A stretch of DNA of 63,766 nt, counting the filler, from Chiloscyllium plagiosum (taxonomy: Eukaryota), in assembly GCF_004010195.1 (NCBI RefSeq). It is 4 parts of one record of this genome, joined end to end, with 100 filler letters (N's around TTAATTAATTAA, not from the genome) between each part and the next. Parts side by side here need not be neighbours in the genome. Positions count along the whole stretch, not along the records: positions 27,300 to 53,046 come from NC_057717.1; positions 53,147 to 61,768 come from NC_057717.1; positions 61,869 to 63,766 come from NC_057717.1; 1 more part is not named here. One strand, 5' to 3'. Positions 52,857 through 63,766 of this stretch are shown here, piece by piece; the stretch's first letter is position 1, and the number at the start of each line of letters is the position of its first letter. A model generated the notes under the pieces. That model searched no databases. It had not been told where the DNA came from and saw only the letters and a program-made list of their open reading frames with translations. Position numbers and translations under genes: made by a program.

Positions 52857-53046
52857 GTAAAAACAATGACTGCAGATGCTGGAAAGCAGATTTTGGATCA
52901 ATGGTGCTGGAAGAGCACAGCAGTTCAGGCAGCATCCGAGGAGCTTCAGCAAAATCGACGTTTCGGGAAAAATCCCTTCATTAGGAATAAAGGCAGAGAG
53001 CCTGAAGCGTGGAGAGATAAGCTAGGGGAGGATGGGGGTGGGGTGA
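52857..53046 (-). mobile_element. Penelope-like element 3' end with hammerhead motif (52953-52988), runs into a gap
   Basis: Minus strand reads ATTC-CTAATGA-A-GGGA-TTTT-TCCC-GAAAC-GTC-GATT. Confidence 0.8.
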
Positions 53047-53146
53047 NNNNNNNNNNNNNNNNNNNNNNNNNNNNNNNNNNNNNNNNNNNNTTAATTAATT
53101 AANNNNNNNNNNNNNNNNNNNNNNNNNNNNNNNNNNNNNNNNNNNN
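53047..53146. other. Artificial scaffold linker
   Basis: 44 N + TTAATTAATTAA + 44 N. Confidence 0.93.
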
Positions 53147-53602
53147 GCAGGCACATATAAACACATCTTCAAATCAACTAGGGTAATTATTTGTTAATGA
53201 AATGATTCTGTGTATGACAGTAACATAGATGCACCTGCATGGAGCAAGGCATGTGATGGAGTCATATCGTTCAGACAGTGTTCAAGGAGAGCTCACAGGG
53301 TCCAGTTTAGGCACTGATAACATAATTGAATCAACTTAGAGATGGAAAAGTGTAATCTACCTGAGAAGGAACAGTCTGTTCCTCCCTTTCTCTTTCCCTG
53401 TCCCTCATCACAGCAATGTGTGCGAGCAAAAAAGAAAAGCGCAGTCGGTTTTATCTCTCATGGAGGATTCTGGATGAGGATTCATTGGAATCTCCCCACT
53501 GCTTGAAGGAAACGGAATACAGCCAATTTCATCTGTTCCGGGAAAGAATCACATTTTCAGAAGCTTGTGTGAGCAGAATAACTTCAGAAGTAATTATTAA
53601 GC

Positions 53603-54690
53603 CTCGATAGTGGGGGGACAGACAGGAGATTCTGTGACTGCAAATGGGGGAATCCAGGATGGTGCGTAGCCTCACACATGCCAGGGTCCAGGATGTCTCA
53701 GAGCGGCTGCAAATCGTTCTCAAGGGGGAGGGGGAGCAGCCAGAAGTCATTGTACACGTTGGTACAAAAGACAGAGGTAGAAGTAGGGATGAGGTTCTGC
53801 AGAGTGATTGTAGAGAGTTAGGAAAAAAAAGATAAAAGCCAGGACGATGACAGTGGTAATCTCCGATTTACGTCCAGTGCTACATGCTAGTGAGGATAAG
53901 AACAGGAGGACATGGCAGATGAATGTGTGGCGAACGATTCGATACAGGGGGCAGTGATTCAGATTTTTAGAACATTGGGATCTTTTGTGGGGCAGAGGTT
54001 ACAGTTCATTAGGGATTGGTTACACCTGAACTGAAAGGGTTCCAATATGTCCCAGGCAGGTTTGCTGTTGCTACAATAGAGGGTTTAAACTAGATGGGCT
54101 GGGGCTGGGGACGGTATTGAGAGTGGGATCCTCAACAGCAAGGATGAAAATTGCAAGGCTGGAAGGAGATACAGTGATCAGAAATAGTAAAGTGAAGAGA
54201 CAGGTCAGGCTGGAACACAACAGAGGGCAAGGAATGTCTGTTCAATTAAATTGCATCCGTTTCAATGCAAGATGGCTGACAGCTGAGACTGATAAACTCA
54301 GGGCGTTGATAGGTACGTGGGACTGGACATTATAGCCATTACATAAACAGGGCTAAGGGAGGGACCGGACGGGCAGCTTAATGCACCACGGTACAGCTGC
54401 TTTAGGTGGCATAGTGCTGGCGGAAGGAGCGGAGGGAGAGTTGCATTTTTGATTAAGGTGAGTATCACAGCATTGATCAGACATAAAATAACTGAACGAT
54501 CATTTAGTGAAGCTTTGTGGGTGGAGCCAATAACTAAGAAGGGAACGGGGACATTATTGGGATTGTACTATAGGCCTCTAAATAGTCAACGGGAATTCGA
54601 GGAGCAAAACTATGTGGAGAGATTGGGGATACTTGCAGGGCCAATGGGATTGCCATTGTAGGAGATTTTAATTTTCCTAACATAGACTGG
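53603..54690 (+). mobile_element. CR1 5' region: ORF1 SGNH-esterase domain and start of the ORF2 endonuclease, decayed
   Basis: SIVGGTDRRFC..ARVQDVSERLQIVLKGEGEQPEVIVHVGT; CIRFNAR, EALWVE, LLGLYYRP, VGDFNFPNIDW. Confidence 0.88.
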
Positions 54691-54950
54691 GACTTTCCAC
54701 ATTGCCAGGGAGATGTCAGAGTTGGAACTGGAATGAAACAGCTTCCCCAGGGACACGGCTTGTAGTGTAGCACAAGTCTTCAGTCCTATTGCAGGAATGG
54801 GGTCAGGGCCCATTGCCTTTATCGTATCGACTGTGTTCAGCTGTTTCTTCATGTCACGTGCAGCGAATCGAATTGGTTGAAAACTGGCATCTGTGAGTCA
54901 GTGGTATCGTGATGAGGGTGAGGTGTTTCATTCATTCAACAATATTTCAT
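54690..54950 (-). mobile_element. RT fragment of the second LINE family
   Basis: KAMGPDPIPAIGLKTCA..LGKLF..MWK. Confidence 0.7.
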
Positions 54951-55159
54951 CCGAAATGCCATCTTCTGTGTTCGAAGTGAATATGTTTCGCTCTGTTTTT
55001 CTCCCTGACCATGATTAAGAGTTCGGTAGTGTCAGTGATGCCAGTCTTATGCAGTTTCAGAATCAAGGAACTTGTCACCATGCATTATCGTTCAGTCCCC
55101 AGTGTACGGTGTTCCAGGTTGGATGGAATGCTTGAGCATCTTTCACATACTTCTTTGGA

Positions 55160-55445
55160 AATTGTTCAAAAACAGAATTTGCTGAAGAAACTGCAGATGA
55201 TGTTGCAGCATCTTCTGGAATGAATGCAGAGTGAAATTTTCAGGTCCAGTGACCCTCTACAAAGATCCCAGGTTCTTCAGCAATTCTTATACTTTTATTT
55301 GCAGTAACCATAGTTATTTGTTTAATTGAAAATTTGTTCTGTGCCTATTCATTTCTGGAGAAACTCAGCAGGCCTCTCTGCATCTGCAGAGACAGACAAA
55401 CAGAGTTAGCGTTTCAAGCCCAGTGTGACACTTCTTCAAAACTGA
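55160..55445. mobile_element. Decayed Penelope-type terminal-repeat remnants
   Basis: CTGGAGAAACTCAGCAGG..CAGAGTTAGCGTTTC..CTTCTTCA; eroded hammerhead on the minus strand. Confidence 0.55.
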
Positions 55446-55934
55446 AAAGGATGGGAAACTGGGATTTTAATCCCTTGCCAGCGGTGGGGGATTGGTGACA
55501 GGGAAAAAAGGGTGTGGCAAAGATAAACAGGCTTTTAACAATGGTGAACAAGAAGATGGTAAAGAGCGGGTTTAAATTAAGACGTGGCTGAGGGAAAGGG
55601 ATTCTCTCTACTGAGTGCTAGATAAAGAAGACACAACCACACAAGTGCATAGGGAGGCCAGGAGGGAGAATGTTGACTATGTGACATTATATAGATCTGG
55701 TCATAACTACGTTTTCACTGTCGCGATCATCACCCTTTTCGACACAGGAATTCAGGTGTTTGACTTCTTATTGGCACTAGTAAACGTTTCTTGCTGTCTT
55801 AGTATTGTAATATGGAGAAAAACAAATAACAATATGAGGTTTGGGCTGAGTATTGTTCTACTGTCATGTTTCATATAGTGTCCAATTTGCAGTGCTTACC
55901 TTTAAATGCTTGTTCTTGAAGTTAGTATTGTAGT

Positions 55935-57185
55935 GCAGAAGGTTGAGGGTGATATTATAGAAGTTTATAAAATCATGAGAGGCATGGATAGGGTGAATAG
56001 CCACGGGATGGGGAAGTCCAAACATAGAAGGCATAGTTTTAAGGTGAAAGAGGGAAGATTTAAAAGGAACGAAGGAGCAACAGTTTTATACAGTGGATGA
56101 TGTGGGTATGTAATGATGTGGCAGAGAAAGAGTGTTAGATGCATGTACAGCTGCAACATTTGAAAGTCATTTGGGCAAACATATGAATGGAAAACATTTC
56201 GAGGCATATGGGCCAAATGAAAGCAGATGGAACTAGCCTAATTTGGAAAACCTGGCCAGCATGACCATTTAGAAAAGCTTCATGCAGAGTCAGTGTGGTT
56301 TTGTGAAAAAGAAAATATACTTTTTCCTGTAAAATCATGCAAAGTATTTCTGGAGATGCCTGAGAATGTAGCAAGTGGACTTGATAAAGGGTACCAGGTA
56401 GAAACCATGCTTTCCAGAGATTTTCCACAAAGTATTACAGAATAAAAGTTCTTACATAAGACAGAAGTTCGTTGGATGATGATTGGTTAACACATAGAAA
56501 TCGGAGAGTCAGGATTAATGGATCTTCATGATCAAGTGTACCTGTTGGAGAACCACAAATATCAGTTGAATGGCATCAGTTATTTACATTCTATACCTAT
56601 AGCCTGACGGCGGGAACTAAGTGCAATACACATTGGAGGTTGTGGATGACTCTGAGAATCAAAAGGCAGGCTGTTAGTTAATGGAGGGGACAACCAGAAA
56701 AGGAGCATTACAAAGGGTTTGAAGTGTTCCTGTGTATGAAACTTAAAGTCAGCATGCTGATGCAGCAAGTAACCATGTTGGTACATTAGGTGGTTTCCTG
56801 GGCTGAAAGAGTTGAGTCATCGAGAACTTCGAAGATGGTGAGGCGATTATTCATTGGGGTTTAAATGAATGAGGAGTGAAACCGCTGAAAAATACAAGAC
56901 ACAGAGAACGCTTGAGAGGTAGATACTGCCAAGTTGTTTCCACTCCTGGGTGGAGTCACAAACTCGAGGATATAGTTACCGAATATGGAACATCGATTTC
57001 AATCTGAGATGCAGAGCGATGTCTTCTCTCAGAAGGTAGTGGATATCCGGAATTCCATAACGCAGAGAGGTATGGAGGGATACGCGGAGTCGGCAAGAAA
57101 GTGGAGTTGTGCCCTGGAGTAGATCAGCCATGGTCATATTAAATGACAGGGCAAGCCTGAGGGGCCCAATAGCCTAATCTTGTTC
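55935..57185 (+). mobile_element. Two CR1 3' fragments
   Basis: GDIIEVYKIMRGMDRV, FSQKVVDIRNS, CR1 3'-UTR motifs. Confidence 0.7.
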
Positions 57186-57617
57186 CTATTTATTCATTTC
57201 ACATGTTATGCTTTTGGAAAGTAACTGGGTTTTGTTTTTGAAGTTATGTTGTGCAATGTTGCGTTCAGGAAGAGCAGGGGATTTGTTTGAGTTAACCTCG
57301 GGTGGGGATGGGGGCTGTATTCCCAGCGTATGTGGGTCTGTGACATGACCCACATTTGGAAACAGGGATTGGGCATTGGGTCGCTTCCTGCCCCAGCCTG
57401 CATTTTCCAAATACATTTCCAAAACTACACCTAACCATCGAAGTGATCTCGATCTACCCTTGTATAACAGGTCTGAAGGGCTGAATGGAACATCAGAACA
57501 CAGGGCTGAGGGACACGAGTGGGCCATTCTGCCCTTTGAAACTACTCCACCAGTAAATAAAGGAGGAAATGCTGGGAAATCTCAGCAGGTCTGGCAGCAT
57601 CCGTAAGGAGTGAAAAC

Positions 57618-57656
57618 AGCTGACATTTCGAGTCTAACTGACCCTTTGTCAAAGCT
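57618..57656 (-). ncRNA. Minimal hammerhead ribozyme motif, U3-A8 variant (left arm)
   Basis: AGCT-TTGACAA-A-GGGTC-AGTTA-GACTC-GAAAT-GTC-AGCT. Confidence 0.6.
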
Positions 57657-57716
57657 AAAAATAAAGGGGAGAACTAGGGAGGTATTTTCCTCATATAAAT
57701 TTTTCTCCTTTTTTTT

Positions 57717-57755
57717 ATCTTTGACAAAGGGTCAGTTAGACTCGAAACTTCAGCT
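57717..57755 (+). ncRNA. Minimal hammerhead ribozyme motif, U3-A8 variant (right arm)
   Basis: ATCT-TTGACAA-A-GGGTC-AGTTA-GACTC-GAAAC-TTC-AGCT. Confidence 0.55.
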
Positions 57756-58253
57756 CTTTTCTGTCCTTACAGATGTTTCCAGATCTGCTCAGATTTTCCA
57801 GCATTTTCTCTTTTGGTTTCAGATTCCAGCATCCACAGTAATTTGCCTTTTTTTCCACCTGTAAATAAGTTCGTGGCTCATCTCATTGTAGTCCCAGCTA
57901 CACTTTTATCTCCATGTACTATTACCCCTGATTCACCATCTATGGACAACCAGACGAAGCCAGCCTCAATATAATATAAAGATTCAGCCATCACAAACTT
58001 CTGGGAAAGAGAATTCCCACTTGAATGAATTCCCACTTGGTGTATTTTACTAATTCCTATTCTGACTGAGGTTGGAGGGTGTCACTGTTTCCTTTTCTAG
58101 TCCCACTCCTCCACTGCATGCAACAAATTTTAAATGTAACCAGGTTGGTGATATGGCCAATGACAAAGGTCTCAGACTGGATCAGGTTCAGTGATAGGAA
58201 CTAGTCAGGCAGATTTCTTTAGTCAGCCACAAGTAACTAATAGAACTAACGGA

Positions 58254-58555
58254 TGCGCATGATGGATCTGTGGTTCGCAATGCTACCTCCCATCACCAAG
58301 GACCTGGGTTCAATTCCAATCTCGGGCGACGCTCTTTTTGCAGGTACCTCTGTGGGTATCCTCACAATGCTCCAATTTCCTCCCACAGTACAACCTTATG
58401 CATTGGATTGTTCATGCTAAATTGCCCACAGTGCGCAGGGATGTATCGGTTAGTCATGGGGAATGCAGGATTACATGGATAGGGTTGGGGGATCAGTTGG
58501 GCCGAAGGGCCTGTTTCCACACTGTAATCTAATCTAATCTAATCTAATCTAATCT
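58254..58555 (+). mobile_element. HE1-type V-SINE with (AATCT)6 tail
   Basis: B-box GGGTTCAATTCC, TTTCCTCCCACAG, CATGCTAAATTGCCC, GGCCGAAGGGCCTGTTTCCACACTGT. Confidence 0.85.
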
Positions 58556-59097
58556 GGACTTGCTGGATGGGATATCCTGCTTCCACACTGTAGAGATTCT
58601 ATAAAATGACAAGAAATTTGGACTATACCCAGTGGGTATCTATCTGATCCACTCTCCTCTACGTCTTGTATGTTTCAATAATATAACTTCTCATTCCACG
58701 AGTAACCTGTTAAAGCCTCCATAATATAAGGCCCTCATCCCTGGAATACGTGAAGTGAAACATCTCCGAACTGCTTCCACTATAATTATATCCTTTCCCA
58801 GATAAGGAGACAAAGAAAAACTAATCTCAAACTCGGGTCTTGAGGTTTATGTTTTGTTTTTTTCAGCATTGTAGGTCTTTCGAACTCTCTTTCCTGCATA
58901 GCATTGGAGGCAGAGATATTGAATATTTTTGAGGCACAGACAGAAGTTTCATAAATAACAACGGAGTCGAGGATTATCAGGGATTAGCAGGAATGTGCGG
59001 TGTGGGGAAAAAGGTAGACAATGGTACCAAAAGACACGGCTGCAGAACATCCAGGAATATAATGCAAAACTAAATTATAATATTGATAAAATTTTAA

Positions 59098-59116
59098 GGG
59101 GGGATCCAAGATGGCC
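59098..59116 (+). promoter_or_regulatory. L1 5' terminus with YY1-type motif
   Basis: GGGGGGATCCAAGATGGCC directly after an AT-rich flank, ~175 bp upstream of the inferred ORF1 start. Confidence 0.6.
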
Positions 59117-59576
59117 ACGATCTGGAAGGTCTGCTTTGCTATGCTCTGCATCACAGAATGGGCAAAGTGGTGGTCTTACCCACTCCATCCCAGCCATTTA
59201 CTTACAATTCAACAATAGCAGAGCTATATTTTCCTAATTCCTATCCTGACAAATCCCGTTTTGTCAAGTGGAAATGACAAAACACGGGAAAGAATCGAAT
59301 CAGTCCCAACATGCGTTGCACCCGTCAGAAGCATCGAGCATGGCCTGAGGCTGTAGCTGCAACCCACTCTACTCGTTCCATGGACCCAGTTACTCACCAG
59401 GCCTTGGTCACTGAGTTCACCAATTTATGTGAAATGATTGAAGCCATGATTGAAGAAAAGTTCAGCAGTAAGCTAGAGCCGTTCTCAGCCGTGCTCCAAA
59501 AGCATGACTTGAAAGCCTTGGAAACAGAACGGATGAGTTTGAGCACCGAACTGCAGTGGCAGAGACCACAGCTGAT

Positions 59577-59848
59577 TCCTCTAAGGAGCGGATGCTCGCC
59601 CTTGAAAAACAGGTCTGCACCTTCACTGAACAAGATCACGACCTCGAGAACAGGGGCAGGATGAAGAATGTTCACATCGTCGGTAATACCCGACTCCATA
59701 CGCGGGAAAAGGTTCACACTGTCAACCCTATCTAACCCCCTAATCCTCTAAGGAGCGGATGCTCACCCTTGAAAAACAGGTCTGCACCTTCACTGAACAA
59801 GATCACGACCTCGAGAACAGGGGCAGGCTGAAGAATGTTCACATCGTC
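59577..59848 (+). repeat. 105-bp direct duplication flanking a 62-bp inverted CR1 fragment
   Basis: 59577-59681 vs 59744-59848 (2 mismatches seen); the spacer on the minus strand encodes RGLDRVDSVNLFPRMESGIT. Confidence 0.85.
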
Positions 59849-61768
59849 AGTCTGCTGGACCAGACGGCAGGTGGTCAGCCAGTGAGTATTTTTGAGAACT
59901 GGCTGCCGTGATTCCTTCACTTCGAAGCTGAAGAGGGTTGGGTGAAGACTGAGACAGTACATCAGGTACTGTCAGCCTCAGACCAGCGCCCTCGCCCTGT
60001 CCTTCTGCAGTTACATAGTTATGGGGACAAACAAAGACTGATGGATGCTTCCAGAACCCAGGGAAAAGATCCGATGGCTTTAATTCACGAGAGCTCCAGG
60101 ATTATGATCTTTCAGGACATTTCAGCGGCGGTGATTCAAGAAAGAAAATATTTTGATAATATCAAGAGAAGAGTAAGGGAACTCTGGATTCAGTATTCCT
60201 TACGGTTTCCAGCGGTGCTGCATATTGCTTTGAATGTATCCGTGAACCCGTCTGACTCTCCAGATAAAGCGAAAACTTTGGGGATATTATAAAGTAAGCT
60301 GGATGTTTAGGTAATCATGTTTCTCTGTTAAAGAAATTTTGTTTAATTTTTCTGCTAGTAACCAGTGTTAAATTACTAGTAGAGTACTCAATTTTAACTT
60401 CTTCATTAATATTACTACTCATTTTCTCTTTCTTTGCTTGTGTCTGGGATGCGGTTCAAGGTGGAGGGAGTTACAAATGTGTTTATGATGAATAAGTGCA
60501 CACCTAAGGGCACTTCAAGACCGCTCTTTGTTGTTAATTGCTTTGGATACCACATTGGTAGCGGATAGAAGACAAAGTTTTGGGACATGTAAGCGTCCCC
60601 AGTGGGCGGGGGTGGTGTGGGGGTAAATTACCCTAACAAGTGTCATTGGCACTTTGAACTCTGTTTCTATCTTTGTTTTTTTATGTGTGTTTAGCTTTGG
60701 ATAGTTTTGAGAACTGGTTAGTTGTAGTAGTTTTAGTTTGTATAGTTCTTAGGCTGAATGAGTCTTTTTTTCATGTATGATCAGCGATGTGTAATTCGAT
60801 GTGAAACTCTAGAGTTGAAATGTTGCTTCGGTGTTTTATAGATAATGATGTGCTTAAATGGTGTACCTGGAACATTAATGGGAGCCATCTGCCAGTCAAG
60901 AGGAAAATTATACTTTCTAGTCTTAAAAAGGAGAAGGTGAATGTTGTCCTATTGCAGGAGATGCACCTTGAAGACAAGGAACATTTGACGTTACAGCAGA
61001 GCGGGATTGATCGGGTTTATTTCTCGTATTTTAATACTAGGAGTCGGGGAGAAGCCATACTGGATAGGAGGAATCTTCCATTTCAATTACTAGATTGTAT
61101 TAGACACTCACATTAAGATCATAATCCCAAAAGCCTTGAACTTTGGGAAATAATACAGCATTTTAAATGTTTATTGCCCCTCCCCCCAGTGCACCCTCTT
61201 AAAATCCTGGTAATTGTATTTTCCTAATTAAGTTTTCTTGCATCGTGGCACATTGTTGTAGAGGAGATTTCAACTCTCTTATGGATCCCACGGTGGGCAG
61301 AAGGTTCAACGTTTCCCCAATACCCTCATTATAATGTATACAATTCGTCGATTTGTGTGCAGAACTAGATGTCTGGAGGCAGACCTACCTCACAAGTAGA
61401 GATTTTATTTTCTTCTTTAATCCACAGAAATGCCACATGAGGGTTCATCTTTTCCTCATCCCTGCAACAATCTTCGATTCGGTGGCATCCTGCACAATTG
61501 GGAATATTACCACAACATACCTGGCCCAGAAGTGGGATAGATGTCACATAAGATTATGTTGGATACAAATGAGGGTCTTATATTTTTGTCAAATCCCACA
61601 ATTTTGGCAGCTCACATGATGTAATGCATTAATTCGCTTGTCGCTTTTTTTGGCTATAAGATTAATTTTACTACACTGGAGGCCATGCCTATGGGAGGCC
61701 TTAAAAATACCTGATGTTGAAGGCAAATCCTGGTTCCCTTTAAAATGTTCATGGGGTGGGGGCACGGG

Positions 61769-61868
61769 NNNNNNNNNNNNNNNNNNNNNNNNNNNNNNNN
61801 NNNNNNNNNNNNTTAATTAATTAANNNNNNNNNNNNNNNNNNNNNNNNNNNNNNNNNNNNNNNNNNNN
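61769..61868. other. Artificial scaffold linker
   Basis: 44 N + TTAATTAATTAA + 44 N. Confidence 0.93.
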
Positions 61869-63766
61869 GCCTGAACCTCACTGCTGTCCACACGCAGCCA
61901 GTAGCCTGACCTTCACTGCCGTCCACATACCGCCCACAGCCTCACCCACATCGCTATGCAGACTCTGCCCCAGTCTGAGCCTCACCGCCCTCCACACACC
62001 GCCCACAGCCTGAACCTCACCGCCGTCCACACACCGCCCGCATCCAGACCCTCACTGACATCTACATAGCGCCCCCAGACTGATCCTCAACTGCCGTACA
62101 CACAATGCCACCATCCTGACCCTCACTGCCATCCACACACCGCGCATAGCCTGACCCTCACCACCATCCACACACCGTTCCCAGCCGGACCCTCACTGCT
62201 GTCCACACACCGCCCCCATCCTGACCCTCACTGCCCGTCCACACACCGTCCCCAGCCTGACCCTCACGGGCATCCACATGCGGCCCTCAACCTGACCATC
62301 ACCGCCGCCCAAAAACCGCCCCCAGCCTGATTCTCACGGCCGTCCACACACCGAACCCAACCTGACCCACGCCACCATCCGCACACCGCCCACAGCCTGA
62401 CCCTCACTGCCGTCCACACACTACCCCAGCCTGACCGTCACAGCCGTCCACACACAGTCCCCAGCATGACGCTCATTGCCGAACCCACACAGTCCCCTGC
62501 CTGACTCCCACCGCCATCCACTCAATGCCCCCAGCCTGACGCATGCCTTCGTTCAACACCCGCACCCAGCCTGACCCTCCCCGCCATCCACACACCATCC
62601 CCAGCCTGACCCTCACCACCTCAGCCTGACCCTCACTGCCGTCCACACCACGCACCCCATCCTGAGACCCATCACCATCCAACATTGACCCGAGCCTGAC
62701 CTTCACTGCCATCCACACACCGCCACCAGGCTGACCCTCACTGCCGTCCACACACTGCCCCCAGCCTGACCCTCATCACCGTCCACACGCTGCCCCCAGC
62801 CTGACCCTCACTGCTGTCCACACAACGCCCCTTCCCTGACACCCACCACCATCCAACACTGCTCCAGCCTGACCATCACCGCTGTCCACACACTGCTACC
62901 ATCCTGACCCTCACCGCCATTCACACACCGCACCCATCCTGACCCTCACCACCATCCACACACCGCCCCCAGCCTGACCCTCACCACCTTCCACACACTG
63001 CCCCAGCCTGACCCTCACTGCCGTCCACACACCACTCCATTCCTGACGCTCACCACCATGCACACACCGCACCCAGCCTCACCCTCCCTGCCATCCACAC
63101 ACCGCCCACAGCCTGACCCTCACAGTCCCCCAAACACTGATCTGGAACTGACCCTTACCGCTGTACAAACACCGCTGCCAGCCTGACCCTAAGCACCGTC
63201 CAAACACCTGCCACAGCCTTGCCCTCACCGGCATTCACACACCGCCCCCACCCTGACCCTCAAGGGCGTCAACACTCTACCCCCAACCTGTCCCTCACCG
63301 CCATCCACACACGGGCCCCAGCCTGACACTCACCACCGTGCACACACCGTCCCCAGCGGACTCTCACCGCCGTCCACTCAATGCCCCCAGCCTGACCCTC
63401 ACAGCCGTCAAAAACCTCCCAGCTGTCTGACCCTCCCCGCCATCCACTCAATGCCAACCAGCCTGACCCTCACCGTCGTCGAACAATGCCACCAGCCTGA
63501 CCCTGACTGCAGTCCATACACCGCCCCAAGCCTGAACCTCACTGCAGTTCAACATTGCCCACAGCCTGATCTCAACTCTGTCCACATAACACCCCCAGCC
63601 TGACCCACACTGCCGTCCACACACTGCCCCCAGCCTCAACCTCACTGCCGTCCACAAACCACCCACAGCCTGACTCTCACCGCAGTCCATACACACTCAC
63701 CCCCTTCTGACACTCTCCGCCGTCCACACACCGCCCCCAACCTGAACCTCACTGCTGTCCAAGTCG
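61869..63766. repeat. ~35-bp C/A-rich diverged satellite, more than 50 units, extends past the window end
   Basis: Consensus CCAGCCTGACCCTCACTGCCGTCCACACACCGCCC. Confidence 0.95.

Larger units (their letters stand above)
57561..57853. mobile_element. 293-bp non-coding fold-back element of two inverted Penelope-type repeats, with 15-bp TSD
   Basis: Arms ~57566-57661 and ~57711-57807 with a perfect 29-bp inverted core; flanks TCCACCAGTAAATAA (57546-57560) / TCCACCTGTAAATAA (57854-57868). Confidence 0.82.
59098..61550 (+). mobile_element. L1-clade LINE with 5' end, decayed ORF1, inter-ORF spacer and ORF2 endonuclease; 3' part missing
   Basis: ORF1 DLENRGR.KNVHIV, RPRPVLLQLHSY, RIMIFQDIS, YSLRFPAVL; EN CTWNING..VVLLQEMHL, DVWRQTY. 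Confidence 0.9.

Noticed and set aside
59724..59743. AACCCTATCTAACCCCCTAA as an interstitial telomere or telomerase-healing scar
   Set aside because: The reverse complement is in-frame CR1 coding sequence (RGLDRV)

Overview
This is repeat-saturated eukaryotic DNA, almost certainly from a cartilaginous fish (shark). The inference rests on HER1/CR1-type LINEs, HE1-type V-SINEs, DeuSINEs and shark-type Penelope-like repeats. I find no intact host protein-coding gene and no intact transposon ORF; the recognisable long ORFs are decayed retrotransposon fragments or repeat/gap artefacts. Architecture: a ~14-kb tandem segmental duplication (about 13.66-27.2 kb vs 27.3-41.2 kb), each unit starting at a satellite built from SINE tRNA heads, plus a third, inverted partial copy at 1-3872. 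Other elements: two L1-clade elements (one with an apparently intact 5' end and YY1 motif), a Vingi/I-group RT remnant, a Harbinger/HARBI1-like transposase remnant, a solo LTR in each duplication unit, and several minisatellites. The most notable small-scale signal is a set of minimal hammerhead-ribozyme motifs in Penelope-type terminal repeats. One of these is a 293-bp fold-back element with a 15-bp TSD whose two arms both carry a U3-A8 core variant. Three 100-bp gaps contain an artificial TTAATTAATTAA linker, so adjacency across them is not proven. Family names come from motif recognition, not database searches, and boundaries of old elements are approximate.
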